A DNA stretch of 27,322 nt from Nitrospinota bacterium (lineage in GTDB: Bacteria > Nitrospinota > Nitrospinia > Nitrospinales > VA-1), in assembly GCA_038108555.1 (NCBI GenBank), contig JAYNIA010000022.1, forward strand, positions 10,689 through 38,010. Direction: 5' to 3'. This document shows positions 8,684 to 18,488 of the stretch, one piece after another (the first letter of the stretch is position 1; each line of letters starts with the position of its first letter). The position numbers were made by a program, and so were the translations under genes. Under the pieces are notes generated by a model. It was not told the DNA's origin. It saw only the letters and a list, made by a program, of their open reading frames with translations, and searched no databases.

Positions 8684-9918
8684 TGGAATTCAGTTTCGCT
8701 TTATCTGCATCAAAAATAATTCATAGCACCGGGTTCTCCGATCTTGCCGGAGGCGATATCATCATGATGGGTGTGGCTTGCACACTGATCTATCTCGCCA
8801 TCTGGAAAAAGTTTGAACCCCTATTATTGCTTCCCATGGGTTTCGGCTGTCTCCTCGCGAACCTTCCACTGAGTATGATGGCAAGTACCGATTCCGGGGG
8901 GCTGCTGAATTTTTTCTATCAGGGTGTCACACACGAAATTTTACCACCGATTATTTTTATGGGGGTCGGAGCTATGACGGACTTCGGGCCCTTACTGGCT
9001 AACCCTACAACTCTGCTCTTGGGAGCAGCAGCGCAAATCGGGGTATACACAACGCTCGTGGGAGCCGTCTTCCTTGGATTTAATATGAAGGAGGCAGCTG
9101 CAATTGGAATCATTGGCGGGGCAGATGGTCCAACCTCTATTTTTATTGCCAGCAAACTTGCACCTCATTTGCTGGCACCCATTGCAGTAGCCGCGTATTC
9201 CTATATGTCCCTGGTTCCTCTGATACAACCGCCGATCATGAATTTTTTTACGACGGAAGAGGAACGGAAAATAAAAATGGCGCAGTTAAAGCCTATTTCC
9301 CAAACGGTAAAAATCCTTTTTCCGGTGGTAGTGACGATCGTTTGTTGTCTTCTTTTACCAGGCGTCACTCCCCTTCTTGGCATGTTTATGTTGGGAAACC
9401 TGTTCCGCGAATCCGGGGTAACTCAACGCCTGCATGAAACGACCGAAACCCATTTGATCAATATCATGACAATAATGCTTGCCCTGTCTGTAGGTTCATC
9501 CATGACTGCGGATTCTTTTTTACGATTTGAGACGATAAAAATTATTGTTCTAGGACTGTTGGCCTTTGGGTTTGCCACAGCAGGAGGATTGATCTTTGGA
9601 AAACTAATGTGCAAATTTTCGGGAGGTAAAATCAACCCCCTTATTGGTTCAGCTGGAGTTTCTGCAGTTCCCATGGCCGCCCGGGTTACACAAAAAGTAG
9701 GGCAAGATGCAGACTCCTCCAACTTTTTATTGATGCACGCCATGGGCCCCAATGTAGCAGGGGTCATTGGAAGCGCCGTTGCGGCTGGGGTATTTGTTTC
9801 CCTGTTTGGAGATGTTGGAACTGCGGTAGATACACATGCAGCCCTGGCACCGGTCATAGGCGATCCTGAACCGGGAGCTCAAGCACTCGCCACAGTTGTG
9901 GATGCAATAAAACAATAA
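8683..9918 (+). CDS. oadB: Na+-translocating decarboxylase beta subunit
   Basis: [86 protein letters not shown]; translationally coupled to oadA (TAATG). Confidence 0.96.
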   Translation: MEFSFALSASKIIHSTGFSDLAGGDIIMMGVACTLIYLAIWKKFEPLLLLPMGFGCLLANLPLSMMASTDSGGLLNFFYQGVTHEILPPIIFMGVGAMTDFGPLLANPTTLLLGAAAQIGVYTTLVGAVFLGFNMKEAAAIGIIGGADGPTSIFIASKLAPHLLAPIAVAAYSYMSLVPLIQPPIMNFFTTEEERKIKMAQLKPISQTVKILFPVVVTIVCCLLLPGVTPLLGMFMLGNLFRESGVTQRLHETTETHLINIMTIMLALSVGSSMTADSFLRFETIKIIVLGLLAFGFATAGGLIFGKLMCKFSGGKINPLIGSAGVSAVPMAARVTQKVGQDADSSNFLLMHAMGPNVAGVIGSAVAAGVFVSLFGDVGTAVDTHAALAPVIGDPEPGAQALATVVDAIKQ

Positions 9919-9930
9919 AGGAATTTTGAA

Positions 9931-10203
9931 ATGGAAACCAGTGTTATAGCAGCGGTAAATGTTTCGATACTAGCAATGTCCGTAATATTTATCATGCTCA
10001 CACTCCTCATTTTCACCATTCAATTTCTGGTGAAACTCATACCTTATAAAGAACCACCTGCAGCTCCTGCCAAGCAAGCCCGTGCCAGCACCACTGGAAC
10101 AACGGGGCATGATGATGAGGTAGCGGCTATCACGGCCACACTCGCAGCTCATTTAGGGAAAAGGCCTGACGAATTTCGAATCGTCAACATCCAATCGCAT
10201 TAG
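9931..10203 (+). CDS. oadG: Na+-translocating decarboxylase gamma subunit (OadG family)
   Basis: 90 aa: single TM (MSVIFIMLTLLI), Pro/Ala linker, DDEVAAITATLAAH motif; RBS AAGGA; in the operon after oadB. Confidence 0.85.
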   Translation: METSVIAAVNVSILAMSVIFIMLTLLIFTIQFLVKLIPYKEPPAAPAKQARASTTGTTGHDDEVAAITATLAAHLGKRPDEFRIVNIQSH

Positions 10204-10237
10204 CCCTTACATCTATCAAATAAAAAGCTTCAACAAA

Positions 10238-13200
10238 TTAATTTTCGGGTTCTTCTTGGTCTGAAGGTTCAGAGGGAGTTTCAATTTTTGGCAGGGATTC
10301 AAGAATTTCTGCGGGGGTTTGCAAGATTCCCTGAAATATTCCAACCACTTTTTTCCCCAATGAAGTGAAGGGAATGGGTGAAATATCAGGATCATCAAAG
10401 TCGCCTTTAACCGTGTAATAAGATTTCAATAAGCTCTTTTCATCGCCTGCAGTCAATATCTTTCCAAACAACGGAATTTTGGTTAGGAATCTATCGAGTT
10501 TGGCAAGCGGCGCAACCCCCACCACAGTATCCATTTGATTTTTTCCAAGATCAAATGTTCCAACGATTGAAGTTCGACGATTACTGGTTTCATAGATAAA
10601 GTTTTCTGTCTCAAAAACTCCATCCTTGGGAATAAAATCTCCCGAAAGTTGCTTGAATGAGGAAGGACTTTCTTCCTTGGAAGGCAGGGAGCCTGGAGTC
10701 GATCCGAACAACTTGTTCACACCGTGCTTAAGCTTTTCTGTATCCATCATACCCGATTGGATATCCAGGGAAATTTTTCCTGACAAGGATCTGGAGATTT
10801 GCTCCCAGTTTTTTCCTTTCCCTTTTATTTTTGCATCAAATATTTTCACATCCCCACTTAAGCTATTATTAAAGGAATCTCCAAAAAGACTGAACACATT
10901 ATCCGTTTTTACATCCTTTGCCTGGACCTTTGCTTCAAAATTACTCACACCATTTTCATCAATGGTCATATTTCCTGTACTTTTGACCAGGGGGTTGGTC
11001 CCGACACTCCAATCCTTGAGATGCAGGGTTTTATCTTCCAGGGAAACTTTTCCTGCCACATTATTTAAGTGCAACAATTTAAAATTTAATTGCCCCACAT
11101 CAAAAACCAATTGCCCCTTTCCCTGTTTGAAAAATTCTGTTCGGGTAAACAAGTCCATCAACTTTGTATCTTTATCCTTAGATACGGGCATTAATTCATT
11201 GATATCAAGTTTTTCCCCTTTAAGCTTCAAATCTAAAACCGGGGAATCACCCAATTGGCAAACACCGCTAAAATCCAACCTGCTGTTGGGAGAAGCAACA
11301 CTGGCGGACCGGATATCAAATTTTTTCTCTTTAAAACCAAGGCGGGCATTAACTATAAGATCCGATGACAGGTTTTCTGGTTTAACTTTTAAATTGATTA
11401 AGTCTACTTGCCCTTCAAAGAGGGAGCTATCGATTTGATTCAGGTTTCCTTTTCCCGAGATATTAAAATCAATGGAGCCATCTGCAGACCAGGATTTTGA
11501 AAATCGATGTGAAGGATAGGCTTGAAACTTTTGAGATGCCAATTGGACAGAAAAATCGCCACTATCCAAATCTGGAATTTGGAAGGACCCGGCAATTTTG
11601 TTCCCTCCCAGTTCGTACACCCAGTTTTCAATATCAAGTCCTTCTTTTTCCGTTAGAGAACCCTTCGCTTTAAACTGGTTGAGGGAGTTTTCTTTTTTCT
11701 CAACAAAATCTGATATCTTATAACCCGTCCTTGTCAAATCTGCTTGTTGTTCAAACTTAAAGTTTCCAGGTGTTCCATTGATATTCATTGATACATGGGC
11801 GGGACCGGAAAATTCAAAATCATTGAAAACGGGAATATCCTTCAAATCTGCCTTAATCAACTCAGGAAGATTTAATCGCAGGGAAAAGTCAGGAACCGAC
11901 TTGTCTCGACGGTCAATTTCACCTTCCAGTAGCAGGGAGGAGTTTCCATATAAACCGGAAACATTTTCGAATCGTATTTTTTCTTCATCGTATGTGATAA
12001 CCCCCTTCAAACCCGTCATTGCTTTAAGCCGGTTTCTATATTCCAGGGAAAGGTTTTTCAATTCAATTTTTCCCCATTCCTTTTCCGTTTCAGGTTTGTC
12101 CGGATTTCCTCTAAAACGATAATTTATAAGTACACCCCCCGATGTAAAATCGAGCCCCTCTTGCAAGGCCACCAGGGCATCTTCCGAGTCTTCACCAATA
12201 ATCCAATGCAAGTCACTGGAATCCAAATGGTAACGGGCGGTCGCTTTTTCAAGAGGTTCCCCATTGCTCAATCCAAGCTCACCATTCAAATCAGAAAATT
12301 TACTGTTTGAAAACTCACCGGAAAGATTTTTATATTGCACAATTTTGATCCACGGCTCGCTTTTTCTTTGAACCACTTCCGGCGTGTGTGTGTAAATTAT
12401 TTTACCGTTCAGGTTTCTAATTCTGGGTTTAAATTCTTCTTCTGTAAGATCCACAGAATTGAAATCAATGACCCCCGCTATTGCCAACTTGTCAAAATCG
12501 TCCAACGGCCCTTTTACATCCAGCCTTAATTTGGCAGAACCATCAAAATCTGAATACACCGAAATAGCATCATGAATGGGATGTCCCTTAAATGCCTTTT
12601 TCAATGTGCTGTGGAACTGTGCCATATCCACTTCGTTTTCCAGAGAAAGGTCGGCAACAGGATGAGTGAGAAAATTATCTATTTTTCCCTTTAAATTGTT
12701 TAAAGGTTGATTTTCATATCGGGCCTTTTGGATATGGAAATTACTGTTCCCTTTATGAACCTTAAATGTTCCTGTTACTTTTTTAATGGGGGGAAGGGGA
12801 TGGTGCCAGTCTACCTTTCGCATCTCCATCTCACCGCTGATTTTGTTTCTGTTTTCCGGTTTGGCTATTTCCCTGAGTTCCTTGACCGTCCCATCAAACT
12901 TTAGGGAGTTTATTTTTACAGACCCGTTTTTAAACGTTTTGTGGATTACTTTGTGATATTCCTCAGGGAATATTTTAAGAGGAAGGTAGTCGATACTTTT
13001 ATTTAGTTGAAAAGCGTCCGTCTTCAAATTTATGTGAACCGCAGGATTTTTTGAAAACATCTGCTTTAAAGAACCACTCCCTTTAAACTTGAAAGGTCCC
13101 GATTCCGATTTCAACTCCTCAATATTTATTGAGTCTTTATCCATCGAAATTTTATATTCAAGTCCTCCCCTATGAGGTATACGGGCATCTCTTAAAACCG

Positions 13201-14083
13201 CTTTTGCCTTTTTGGAATCGGAGGAATACTTTAATATCCCTTCTGTTTTAAGGGCACCACCCAGGCTTCCGGAAAAACTTGAATCGATGGACAACCAGCT
13301 ATTAGCAGGTGTTTTTGCTAAAACTTTTTTCAAATAGGGTTGAAACCTTGAAACATTTAAAGGATTGACTCGGATATCTCCATTGATAGAAATTCCGGTG
13401 AACCCCTTTTCTTCAGAGAAATTATCGAATCCCCCGGACACCTTGAATGCCGTCGAAGATCCTGAGTAGGGGATTTCCCCTTTCAAAGCAAATTGGAAGG
13501 GAGAGTTGATCAGGCTTTTTCGAATGGAAAAATGAATATGATCCATTTCCAAAGGAAGGGGCTTGTTCTTGGGCTGGTCCAGGTAATCCAGGAAATGGAT
13601 TGCCCCATCTTCCACCATGACCTGGTTCATCAGGCTGGCCCTGAGCACTTTAAACAATTGACTGTCTGCTGGCTGGGAAATCCATTTACGCACATCTCCC
13701 AGGCTAAGTTGGCCCGATGCGTTGCGGACAACTCTTAGAGATGAACCCTGAACAATTATTTTCTTTACCTCTACTCTTTTATCTAAAAGAGGAAATAATT
13801 TGACGACAACCCTTACACTGCGCGCGGTCAATTCCGGCTTGGAATCCCAACGGGATTTGACGGATACATCTTTAAGAAGAACACTCAGTCCGCGAACAAT
13901 ATCCATCTCAGCAGCGCCAATGGAAACTTTTCGGCCGGTCAATTCTTCCATCTTTTCAATGGCCAGATATTTTACATCATCCAGGTTACGGAGCTGATAA
14001 TAAGCAAGGGAAAAAATAGAAAACACGCCAATGAACAAAAGGAAGAAGGAATAAAAAATTACCCTTTTTTTTGAAATCGGCAT
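10238..14083 (-). CDS. AsmA-like / YhdP-type envelope-spanning protein (1281 aa)
   Basis: N-terminal TM anchor, EELTGRKVSIG AsmA-type start, long beta-rich body, C-terminal AsmA_2-like motif (KIPLFGKIL...YYTVKGDFDDPDI...FQGIL). Confidence 0.85.
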   Translation of the reverse strand: MPISKKRVIFYSFFLLFIGVFSIFSLAYYQLRNLDDVKYLAIEKMEELTGRKVSIGAAEMDIVRGLSVLLKDVSVKSRWDSKPELTARSVRVVVKLFPLLDKRVEVKKIIVQGSSLRVVRNASGQLSLGDVRKWISQPADSQLFKVLRASLMNQVMVEDGAIHFLDYLDQPKNKPLPLEMDHIHFSIRKSLINSPFQFALKGEIPYSGSSTAFKVSGGFDNFSEEKGFTGISINGDIRVNPLNVSRFQPYLKKVLAKTPANSWLSIDSSFSGSLGGALKTEGILKYSSDSKKAKAVLRDARIPHRGGLEYKISMDKDSINIEELKSESGPFKFKGSGSLKQMFSKNPAVHINLKTDAFQLNKSIDYLPLKIFPEEYHKVIHKTFKNGSVKINSLKFDGTVKELREIAKPENRNKISGEMEMRKVDWHHPLPPIKKVTGTFKVHKGNSNFHIQKARYENQPLNNLKGKIDNFLTHPVADLSLENEVDMAQFHSTLKKAFKGHPIHDAISVYSDFDGSAKLRLDVKGPLDDFDKLAIAGVIDFNSVDLTEEEFKPRIRNLNGKIIYTHTPEVVQRKSEPWIKIVQYKNLSGEFSNSKFSDLNGELGLSNGEPLEKATARYHLDSSDLHWIIGEDSEDALVALQEGLDFTSGGVLINYRFRGNPDKPETEKEWGKIELKNLSLEYRNRLKAMTGLKGVITYDEEKIRFENVSGLYGNSSLLLEGEIDRRDKSVPDFSLRLNLPELIKADLKDIPVFNDFEFSGPAHVSMNINGTPGNFKFEQQADLTRTGYKISDFVEKKENSLNQFKAKGSLTEKEGLDIENWVYELGGNKIAGSFQIPDLDSGDFSVQLASQKFQAYPSHRFSKSWSADGSIDFNISGKGNLNQIDSSLFEGQVDLINLKVKPENLSSDLIVNARLGFKEKKFDIRSASVASPNSRLDFSGVCQLGDSPVLDLKLKGEKLDINELMPVSKDKDTKLMDLFTRTEFFKQGKGQLVFDVGQLNFKLLHLNNVAGKVSLEDKTLHLKDWSVGTNPLVKSTGNMTIDENGVSNFEAKVQAKDVKTDNVFSLFGDSFNNSLSGDVKIFDAKIKGKGKNWEQISRSLSGKISLDIQSGMMDTEKLKHGVNKLFGSTPGSLPSKEESPSSFKQLSGDFIPKDGVFETENFIYETSNRRTSIVGTFDLGKNQMDTVVGVAPLAKLDRFLTKIPLFGKILTAGDEKSLLKSYYTVKGDFDDPDISPIPFTSLGKKVVGIFQGILQTPAEILESLPKIETPSEPSDQEEPEN

Positions 14084-14296
14084 ATAGGGGATGGATGAAA
14101 AAGGTTACAATAACCTGAGTTTTCTTTGATTAGTGAGGAACAATTTCAAAGTTTAATTTTTATGAATGGGCCACCGAAACACTTTGGCAAAATAAACCCA
14201 TTGTTTTCATAAAGTTATAGATCATTTACGGTCCAACGTCCAGAAAAATTCAAGACCCAAACCCTTTAGAAAGGGAGGGCAAATCTCAAAAATCCC

Positions 14297-15055
14297 ATGA
14301 GCTCTTTCGACAATTCCACTGTTTTTGGACTCAATCCGGTAACCGAAGCCATCAAAGCCCAAAAACGCCGTTGCTACAAACTGATTATTGAAAAGGGAAA
14401 ATCTCAGGCCCGGCTGAATTCATTGATCCAGTTGGCTCATGAAAACAAAGTACCCATCGAAACCCTGCCAAAGTCCGCTTTTGAGAAAAAATATCGCAGC
14501 CACAACCATCAAGGAGTGGTGGGGGTTTTTGCAATTATTAAAACCCTGGAACTGGAAGAGCTTGTTCAACAGGCCTTTGAAAAATCACCATTACCAGTTC
14601 TGGTTGCTTTGGACAGCATTCAAGATCCACACAATTTGGGAGCCATCATCCGCTCAGCTGAAACACTGGGGATTCATGGAATCATTCTTCCAAAAAATCG
14701 CACTTCGTCTTTAAATGAAACTGTTGCGAAATGTTCTTCGGGTGCTATCGAACATCTACCCATTTCCTGGGTAACAAACCTAACTCGTGGAATAGAGCAA
14801 CTAAAAGAAGCTGGTTTCTGGATTGCCGGCGTCGTCCCTGATGGAGAAACTGCCTGCTATCAATACAAATTTGACTCACCCATGGTATTAATCCTGGGAG
14901 GAGAAGAAAAAGGAATTCGACCCTTATTGAAAAAATCCTGCGATGTCACTTTAAAAATTCCCATGGAAGGCTCTTTGGAATCTTTAAATGCCTCGGCTGC
15001 TGCTGCAGTTATCTTTTACGAGGTATTGCGCCAAAGAAACTTATCCCCCAAATAA
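14297..15055 (+). CDS. rlmB: 23S rRNA (Gm2251) 2'-O-methyltransferase RlmB, SpoU family
   Basis: FGLNPVTEA, NHQGVV, LDSIQDPHNLGAIIRSA, LGGEEKGIR, IPMEGSLESLNASAAAAV. Confidence 0.93.
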   Translation: MSSFDNSTVFGLNPVTEAIKAQKRRCYKLIIEKGKSQARLNSLIQLAHENKVPIETLPKSAFEKKYRSHNHQGVVGVFAIIKTLELEELVQQAFEKSPLPVLVALDSIQDPHNLGAIIRSAETLGIHGIILPKNRTSSLNETVAKCSSGAIEHLPISWVTNLTRGIEQLKEAGFWIAGVVPDGETACYQYKFDSPMVLILGGEEKGIRPLLKKSCDVTLKIPMEGSLESLNASAAAAVIFYEVLRQRNLSPK

Positions 15056-15081
15056 ACCGCTAAACAATAAGCTTTAATTGG

Positions 15082-15117
15082 AAAAATAAAGGAGCGCAAA
15101 TTAAGTTTGAGCGCTCT
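15082..15117 (-). terminator. Rho-independent terminator downstream of rpsU
   Basis: Stem gagcgc (15092-15097) / gcgctc (15111-15116), followed on the minus strand by CTTTATTTTT. Confidence 0.6.
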
Positions 15118-15144
15118 GTAATTCCTGGAGAGAAAAATTGAACC

Positions 15145-15348
15145 TTAAATTCGGTTGTAAGACCGCATTCGACGCATAGCGGCTTTTCTTTTTTTCTTCG
15201 CTTCCTTTTGCTTTCGCTTTTTCTTCACGGAGGGTTTTTCGTAAAACCGACGACGTTTCAACTCTTTCAATAACCCTTCTTTGGTCATTTGCCTTTTGAG
15301 GACTTTTAACGCTTTTTCAACCTGATTTTGGTAAACTGTTACTTCCAA
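15145..15348 (-). CDS. rpsU: 30S ribosomal protein S21
   Basis: VEKALKVLKR...EGLLKELKRRRFYEKPSVKKKRK; TTG start with strong AGGAGG RBS. Confidence 0.96.
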   Translation of the reverse strand: MEVTVYQNQVEKALKVLKRQMTKEGLLKELKRRRFYEKPSVKKKRKQKEAKKKRKAAMRRMRSYNRI

Positions 15349-15463
15349 AAACTTTTTCCTCCTAGTAAGTGAATAAAATCATTCGATTAACGCAATGCAG
15401 AAAATTTTACTTTCCCGGCAACAAACATACCTGTTTTATCTATTTTTTGGCATGAAGCTAGAA

Positions 15464-15492
15464 ATTATCAACAAATTTACACATAAAGTCAA
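15464..15492 (-). promoter_or_regulatory. Possible sigma70 promoter for rpsU
   Basis: TTGACT (15492-15487), 17-nt spacer, GATAAT (15469-15464). Confidence 0.45.
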
Positions 15493-15504
15493 TAGCTGAT
15501 AATC

Positions 15505-16710
15505 ATGAACCCAAATCCCGTCACCCAAACCATTAGAATTGTACTTACCCTGTTGTTTTTATTCTGGTTTCTTGTTTTTGTCCGAGAAGGAAAAACCGAG
15601 GAATTTGCAGTGCCGAACGCGGGTTCTCCTTATCAGGAACTGGGAGCCCTTCATAACGGGGAAATCCTCCACCTGCCAACAGGATTAACCGTCAATTTCG
15701 ACCAGATGATGGATTCCATTTCAGCATCCCGGGTCATTTATATTGGCGAAACCCATGACAATATCGAGGCACACAAAGTTCAGTTAAAAATTATCAGGAA
15801 ACTATCTGATAAATTTCCAGTGGCTATAGGATTGGAAATGTTTCGTCGATCCGCACAGGAAAAACTCGACCAGTGGAATAAAGGTCAACTCTCCAAAAAG
15901 GAATTTAAGAATCTCTTCCATATCAATTGGGGAACGGGCTACAAACTTTATCAACCGATTTTCGATTTCGCCCGGTCAAAAAACATACCCCTGATTGGTT
16001 TGAAATCTTCCCGCCATGTAGAAAACAGTTTTCGTTCCGGAGACCCCGCGCCTGACGGGACGTTTTATCCCGAACTGGATGACCAGGACCCTTATCACAA
16101 GGCTTTTGCAATGGCTGCGTTCGGGGGCCATCGGGGAACAGAAAAAGCCCTTGAAAAACCCTACCGCATGCTGCTCCTCTGGGAAGAAACCATGGCGCAA
16201 ACGGTTTCACAGTTTTTAATGAATCCAAAATACAAAGATACAAAAATGATTGTCCTAAGTGGAGGGTTTCACGTGCAGTACGGATTTGGAATCCCCAAAC
16301 GTGCCTTTCGCCGAGTGCCGCATGCCTATTCCATTGTCCAGCCTACGGTTACTCACATTCCTACCGAATTAAAAGATAGGGAAATGGAAGTAGAAAAAGT
16401 ATCCATCCCACTTTATGCTGCGGACTACGCCTGGAAGGTTGAATACAAAGTCCCGGACAATGTCAAGCTGGGAGTGAGGCTGGCTCAAACAAGTGAAGGC
16501 GTCGCTATTATGGAAGTCATGCCAGAAACCAATGCCGAAAGAGCCGGGATTAAAAAAGGCGATTTACTAGTACAAATGGATGGAGAAAAACTCTCAAGCG
16601 TGGAAGACGTGTTGGAACTAATTCAAAGCAAGAGCTTCAATGACCGGTCCACCTTCCAAATCCACCGCGATGGCAGGGAACTCGGCGTGGAAGTGGTATT
16701 TAAGAAATGA
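15505..16710 (+). CDS. ChaN-family (EreA/ChaN-like) exported protein with C-terminal PDZ domain
   Basis: Hydrophobic N-terminus; IYIGETHDN...H, IGLEMF, WEETMA, SGGFHV...GIP motifs; C-terminal KLGVRL...AERAGIKKGDLLVQMDG PDZ. Confidence 0.85.
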   Translation: MNPNPVTQTIRIVLTLLFLFWFLVFVREGKTEEFAVPNAGSPYQELGALHNGEILHLPTGLTVNFDQMMDSISASRVIYIGETHDNIEAHKVQLKIIRKLSDKFPVAIGLEMFRRSAQEKLDQWNKGQLSKKEFKNLFHINWGTGYKLYQPIFDFARSKNIPLIGLKSSRHVENSFRSGDPAPDGTFYPELDDQDPYHKAFAMAAFGGHRGTEKALEKPYRMLLLWEETMAQTVSQFLMNPKYKDTKMIVLSGGFHVQYGFGIPKRAFRRVPHAYSIVQPTVTHIPTELKDREMEVEKVSIPLYAADYAWKVEYKVPDNVKLGVRLAQTSEGVAIMEVMPETNAERAGIKKGDLLVQMDGEKLSSVEDVLELIQSKSFNDRSTFQIHRDGRELGVEVVFKK

Positions 16711-16738
16711 ATCCCCCTCCCCTAGTTGGGGAGAGGAT
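16711..16738. terminator. GC-rich hairpin between convergent genes (possible bidirectional terminator)
   Basis: ctcccc (16717-16722) / ggggag (16728-16733) with outer atcc/ggat pairing; the U-tracts are weak. Confidence 0.4.
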
Positions 16739-16749
16739 ATAAATATTTT

Positions 16750-17313
16750 CTATTCGCTTTGGGAAGCCAATGGACTTCGAACACACCAGGTTTGGTTGGT
16801 AGCAGAGGTTGCCTCCAATGTAATCGCTCCCGATGTTAAAAAAGTAGCCGCTCCGGAAGTTCCAAAGTCCAAAGTCCATGCATTTTCACTGGCTCCTGAT
16901 ATTGATGCTTTGGTTCCCGACCAGTAAGGGTCGGAACTCACACTTTGAAACGGATGACCACTCTGAATTGCAGGATTGTTTTGCAACGAGTCGATCAAAC
17001 TCGCCAATTCCTGGATAGAAGGTAGACGCCAACCCGCCTTTCCTCCCACTTCTTTCCGGACACATATGTTGGGTGCACTTTCCCAACTCCCTGAAGAGTT
17101 ATCCGGAGTTTTCTCCCACACCACTTGAGATTCTTTATCCAGGACGGCTTCACTATTCAGAGCCGAAATTACAATAAAGCGGTTGGCAGCATTGCTAAAT
17201 GTTTTATCCCAGCTTCTGATATCAATGGCGCTGGCCGGGCCAGCAGCCAAAGTCATGGATATAAGCCCAGCCCCTGCAAGATAACTGATGTGATTTTTTT
17301 TAGGAATTTTCAT
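16750..17313 (-). CDS. Secreted DUF1566 (Lcl C-terminal-like) domain protein
   Basis: Signal peptide ending ASA; VLDKESQVVWEK, W..A...C, GWRLPSIQELASL, YWS, AW.LDF, WCVR. Confidence 0.88.
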   Translation of the reverse strand: MKIPKKNHISYLAGAGLISMTLAAGPASAIDIRSWDKTFSNAANRFIVISALNSEAVLDKESQVVWEKTPDNSSGSWESAPNICVRKEVGGKAGWRLPSIQELASLIDSLQNNPAIQSGHPFQSVSSDPYWSGTKASISGASENAWTLDFGTSGAATFLTSGAITLEATSATNQTWCVRSPLASQSE

Positions 17314-17333
17314 GGTCAGGTCTCCTTATGATT

Positions 17334-18152
17334 TTAAATGTCGGAAAAACCCAGGTCGGTCAATAATTCCCGGGCCAGAGTTTGTGTCTCAATAGAAGGA
17401 TCGTGGAGAGCTTGAAGAAGGTATGGTTTTGCACCCTCTTCATCAGCTCTCTCGGTTATCAGGGATAAGGCCTGCATTCGAATTTCCGGATCAGGATCAG
17501 AAATGGAAACTTTTCCAACAGGGAGCAAAGGTATAGGTTCGGAAAGATTTTTCATCAATTCTAAAGAAAGTGAACGAATGGCTTTCTCATTTGCATCCAG
17601 ATTCTGAAGCAATAGGGCGAGCACCTCTTCATCCTCTGCGAGATAACTGAAATGCTCCGTTGCCATTAAGCGCTTTTCAATATCATTGGCCTTTTGAGCC
17701 AGACGCAGGATCTCCTGTTTCGTTAATTTTTCCTTTGCATCCACACGAACAATAAAATCTGCCGATGAGACAGGGTAATTTTCATATTCGAACAACCAGA
17801 TCTTGCTGGCCGCTAAATCCACCCCCCATTTTTCCAGGCGGCTATTTTCCTGAAATAAATTCTTTAAGGCCGATTTCCAATCCCCTTGTAATACCTGTAT
17901 ATCTACAGACACCGACTTTAATGGATCTGGAATATTGAACTGGATACCTGTTCTATAATGAATTTCCTGCAACAAATTTCCCAAAGGGTAGCTTCTTGCA
18001 AAAATAAAAACTTGTTCCGGACCGGACTGTATTTCTAAATGAGATGAAGGGTGGGGATTGGCAAAAGAAGAGTTCGAGTAGCCCGCCTCACCAATTAGGA
18101 AAAATAAGAAAATAAGAAGAATATATTTTTTAATCCGCTTGAGATTCACCAT
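17334..18152 (-). CDS. Exported protein with putative secretin-N0/STN-like domain and C-terminal HEAT repeats
   Basis: Signal peptide ending SFA; ARSYPLGNLLQEIHYRTGIQF...V....DWKSALKNL pattern resembles N0/STN; HEAT-like repeats DANEKAIRSLSL, DPDPEIRMQALSLI, ALHDPSIETQTLAREL. Confidence 0.65.
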   Translation of the reverse strand: MVNLKRIKKYILLIFLFFLIGEAGYSNSSFANPHPSSHLEIQSGPEQVFIFARSYPLGNLLQEIHYRTGIQFNIPDPLKSVSVDIQVLQGDWKSALKNLFQENSRLEKWGVDLAASKIWLFEYENYPVSSADFIVRVDAKEKLTKQEILRLAQKANDIEKRLMATEHFSYLAEDEEVLALLLQNLDANEKAIRSLSLELMKNLSEPIPLLPVGKVSISDPDPEIRMQALSLITERADEEGAKPYLLQALHDPSIETQTLARELLTDLGFSDI

Positions 18153-18488
18153 AAATAACCAGCTAACAAATTTTAAGCTAACCCATTAACACCGCAAAGG
18201 TTGGATAACCTAAAAGTTTGGCTTAGAAAATAATAAGTATTCCAATAAAAAACAATACTATAATTAAAAACATGGATTTAACACCTAAAAATAACGATTT
18301 TTAATTTCGGAATATCATATTATTTTTCCAACCACCGAAATTTCAAGGCTTTTAGAGATTTAAATTTTCTATTAATTTTTTAATGGGAACCATTTGCTGA
18401 ATCTAAAAACTTACCCAGGGAAGGAAAGAGGAAAACCTAAATGGAAGGAATTTTAAAAAATTCTACTATGACAAAACCTAATCAAAAA

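Noticed and set aside
10626..11438. 270-aa + strand ORF and other antisense ORFs inside long genes
   Set aside because: They lie opposite well-supported genes (AsmA-like, trkA, oadB) and show no independent motifs.
15447..15464. sigma54 promoter (TTGGCATG) before the ChaN gene
   Set aside because: The conserved GC at -12 is missing.
18153..18488. ncRNA or riboswitch in the AT-rich intergenic region
   Set aside because: No recognisable conserved motif or stable structure by eye.
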